A DNA stretch of 63,562 nucleotides, the filler included, from Circinaria calcarea (Eukaryota), in NCBI GenBank assembly GCA_051942165.1. It is 16 parts of 16 records of this genome, joined end to end, with 100 filler letters (N's around TTAATTAATTAA, not from the genome) between each part and the next. Parts side by side here need not be neighbours in the genome. Positions count along the whole stretch, not along the records: positions 59,696 to 63,562 come from JAVECS010002580.1; 15 more parts are not named here. The stretch is one strand, 5' to 3'. Of the stretch, positions 60,791 to 63,562 are shown piece by piece. The translations under genes were made by a program, and so were the position numbers. Numbering within the stretch: position 1 is the first letter of the stretch; each line of letters opens with the position of its first letter. A model generated the notes under the pieces. The model searched no databases. It saw only the letters and a list, made by a program, of their open reading frames with translations, and had not been told where the DNA came from.

Positions 60791-61369
60791 GTGGTGGCAA
60801 TGCGCTCGCAGATTCGGAGGTTCAGAAGTTCGGAGGTTCGGGAGTTCGGAGGTTCGGGAGTTCTATTCCGGCGCAGTTCCCACGTATATACGTATATAAA
60901 ATGCGGTTTTTATTATTACGTATATTACCAATTCTGGCAAATAGGGGCTTATTTTTAAGGCCTGAGTCAGAGCTTTCATATGATCTTTCATTTTCAGAAA
61001 TGCGTTGAAAATTCGTGATCATATTAATACTGCATGTTATAGAGTATCAGAGACAGCCGAATTACGCCCGCGAGAATATCACGTGACTGAGACTTTCTCT
61101 TGGCACTTAAAATTTTAACGTACCCTTCCGCCCTGCTCCCACGCGTACCTATATATTCAATGCGACATAACTATTGCGCCTACCTATGGATTTTTAAAAA
61201 TAGGGGCTCATTTGGATCGTTGAATAATGCCCTTTAATTTAAGCCACTATTCTTGGAAAACTATTGATTTTTGGTGGGTGCATTGAAACTGCAAGTGCGA
61301 ATGCTTTCGGGATCGAGTTTTGAAGTTCGTCACGTTAGTGAAACTTTCTCTTGGCACTTATTTTTTTGT

Positions 61370-61698
61370 TATTTCTAATATAATATAAATTAAAATAAAA
61401 ATTAAATTTATAAATAATAAAATTAAATATATAATTAAATTAATTAATAAAAATTATATATTTAAATTTAAAATTAATTATTATTATATTTAATATTTTA
61501 TATTATAAGTTTTTAAATATATTAAATATAATTAAAAAGGAAGCAGCGAAAATTAATATAATATTATAATAATATATAAAATAATAATATAGCGAAATAT
61601 ATATAATTAATAATAAAGTAATAAAATATATAAATTAAAAAGAAATATATTAAATATAATATTTATATTATAAAAAATTATAAATTACGTATTTATAA
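61370..61698. repeat. Almost pure A/T tract, probably a RIP-saturated repeat relic
   Basis: Very few C or G over ~330 bp, TpA-dense, adjacent to other repeat relics. Confidence 0.7.
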
Positions 61699-62950
61699 TG
61701 TGGTGGAGTGTTATGGCGCTACGCCATACTGACTATAGCCTAGCAAGGTTACGGGACGGAACGGGGCAACGTGGGAGCGATGCTCTCGTTGCTCAGTTGT
61801 GTAACCATAGGGAGCAAGGGGAGCATCCCTATGCTCAGTGGTGCTCAGGTTGTGAGCAAAGGGAGCAACCAGAGCAACCATAGTATATAGGCAGACTATT
61901 CTGCGCTCTTTAGAATAGTATGCTTATAGACCGTGTTCAATAGACTCCATACTATTGAGCCTAGGGCAACAGTTCAACTACACCCTATGTAACCGTGCTA
62001 TCACCAATCGGGACTTAACATATTCCTCAATAGGCCCCAAGGATTGCAGCGCGCTAACAGAAGATAATGATCATGATTATCCCCGTTATAAGTGAGCTAT
62101 AGCTGTATCCAGGCCCTTGGCGAAGCCTGAACAATCTTATTTCCACAGCCTGATTGTGCCGTGGAAGACTCCTAAGGGCAGTATTGCAGAGCGGTTGTAG
62201 TGAGTGTAGCAAGAATCTGGCACTCAAAACAAATTTGCATAGCTATAGTGGCGACATAAAGTAAGATATAGCTTGATATTTTAACATTCAAACGCTAATT
62301 TATATCTAATAGTCCTGCACAAGTTTCTGCTCCTGTCGTGCTGTGGTCGTGAGCATAATAAATATAAGCGTGCTTTTTTTCAATAATTACAGCAGAGCTA
62401 ATTAGTTGTTTGATTTCATACAAAGAGCTGAAATATATATCGGATGATACCCTATTCTAAGAATTTATGAAGATTAACATCTGTTATACCCCAGTAAACG
62501 TGGCGTTGAAAGCGCTTTTCCCAGCCGCTAAGTCCCTGGCTAGCTAAAGATTTGAAAGTGTGGCGTCGGTCTAGAACTCAGGATGAGCGCCGAACTGGGG
62601 AAACTGTGGCGGTGGGAGGCCGATTAGCTCATAAGCTTATCCCTGTTCGGTATTCGCGAAAACTCAACAGAAAACACCAACGGTCAACAACGTCTAGCCA
62701 ACATCCATCCAAAGCAACGCTTCGCAGGTGTCCTTGAACCTGCCTTCAGACCGTTTCCAGCATTCTCATCCTCCCCGGAGCCTGGTTCTCTACGCGCAAT
62801 TGTTCCTTCTACTTACCGTTCGAGCAGCAAAGGAGATTGGTGTCACAGAGTTAAATCGCAGTTCTATAGCAATTACTAAGCCCCTCCTGCTGTGCAGAGA
62901 GGTGCAGCTTCGACCTATTCCAACTACCTTGGTCTGTCGATACAGTTGCA

Positions 62951-63503
62951 ATGGCCTCTCATGGCGGCGAGGCGGATTCATACTACAAGGGAGGGCAACC
63001 CCAGCAACAATATCCGATGCAGCCTTACGATGGTAACGGCAACAAGAATAGTAATCTAGACTACCAACAGAATGGCTCCTCCAATTACCAGCAGAGTCCC
63101 CCTGTCTACGGCTCAGGACCCCAATACGGCGACGGTGTATCTCCTCTCGCCGGTGGTAAACAGACGTTTGACCAGGCATTCAAGCTCGAGAAACCAAAGT
63201 ATAATGATATATGGGCAGGAATTTTGGTACAACTACACGATAAATGTGCATATTGTTACGGCAGGTTTACTGACACATTATCAGCTTATCCTTACTTTCC
63301 TCGGTTTCACCGCAGTTTCTGGTATCACCCTGAACGGGTACGCGACCAATAAAAGCTTCAATGGCGGTGGGATTTATAACGCCGGGAATGAATTTTCCTT
63401 GAACACCAACACCATTGTCCTCTTCGCCTTTGTTCTGGTCGTTGCCTTGGTCTTCTCGTGGCTTTACCTTGCCATGGCCAGGGCTTTTACCAAGCAATTT
63501 ATG
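62951..63503 (+). CDS. PNS1: Choline-transporter-like protein PNS1, 5' part (3' truncated)
   Basis: Q/P/Y-rich N-terminus, TFDQAFKLEKPKYNDIWAGIL|LILTFLGFTAVSGI, GGGIY...FSLNTNTIVLF. Confidence 0.9.
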
Positions 63504-63562
63504 TATGTACCCATTCCAATCGCATAGCTATAGAGGCTACATCTAACGTCAATAAGCTGGAT

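Overview
This window is not one locus. It is 16 unrelated contigs of about 3.9 kb (3897 down to 3867 bp, size-sorted), joined by 100-nt artificial spacers (44 N + TTAATTAATTAA + 44 N). Short GT-AG introns with CTAAC/CTGAC branch points and the gene content point to a filamentous ascomycete (Pezizomycotina; a finer assignment cannot be supported here). Recognisable genes, many cut at contig ends, are RMI1, DPH7, cytosolic aspartate aminotransferase, a She4/CRO1 UCS chaperone, GID7/WDR26, tafazzin, RPB4, RPN10, Borealin/Nbl1, fumarylacetoacetase, CHIP, an HbrB-domain protein, a Sut1-like transporter, an ankyrin-BTB protein, NimA and PNS1. Accessory content includes a divergent NEK-like kinase with a ~325-aa insert containing a SAP-like motif, a SprT-like metalloprotease, a membrane-anchored UstQ-like tyrosinase and small secreted Cys-rich proteins. 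There is also a clean Mutator-type MITE (30-bp TIRs, 9-bp TSD), several pseudogenes with point-mutation stops, and AT-rich repeat relics showing RIP-like C>T/G>A hypermutation. The best leads are the SAP-insert kinase and a probable non-AUG N-terminal extension of GID7. All family calls are from motif recognition by eye, not database searches. No tRNA, rRNA or CRISPR array was seen.
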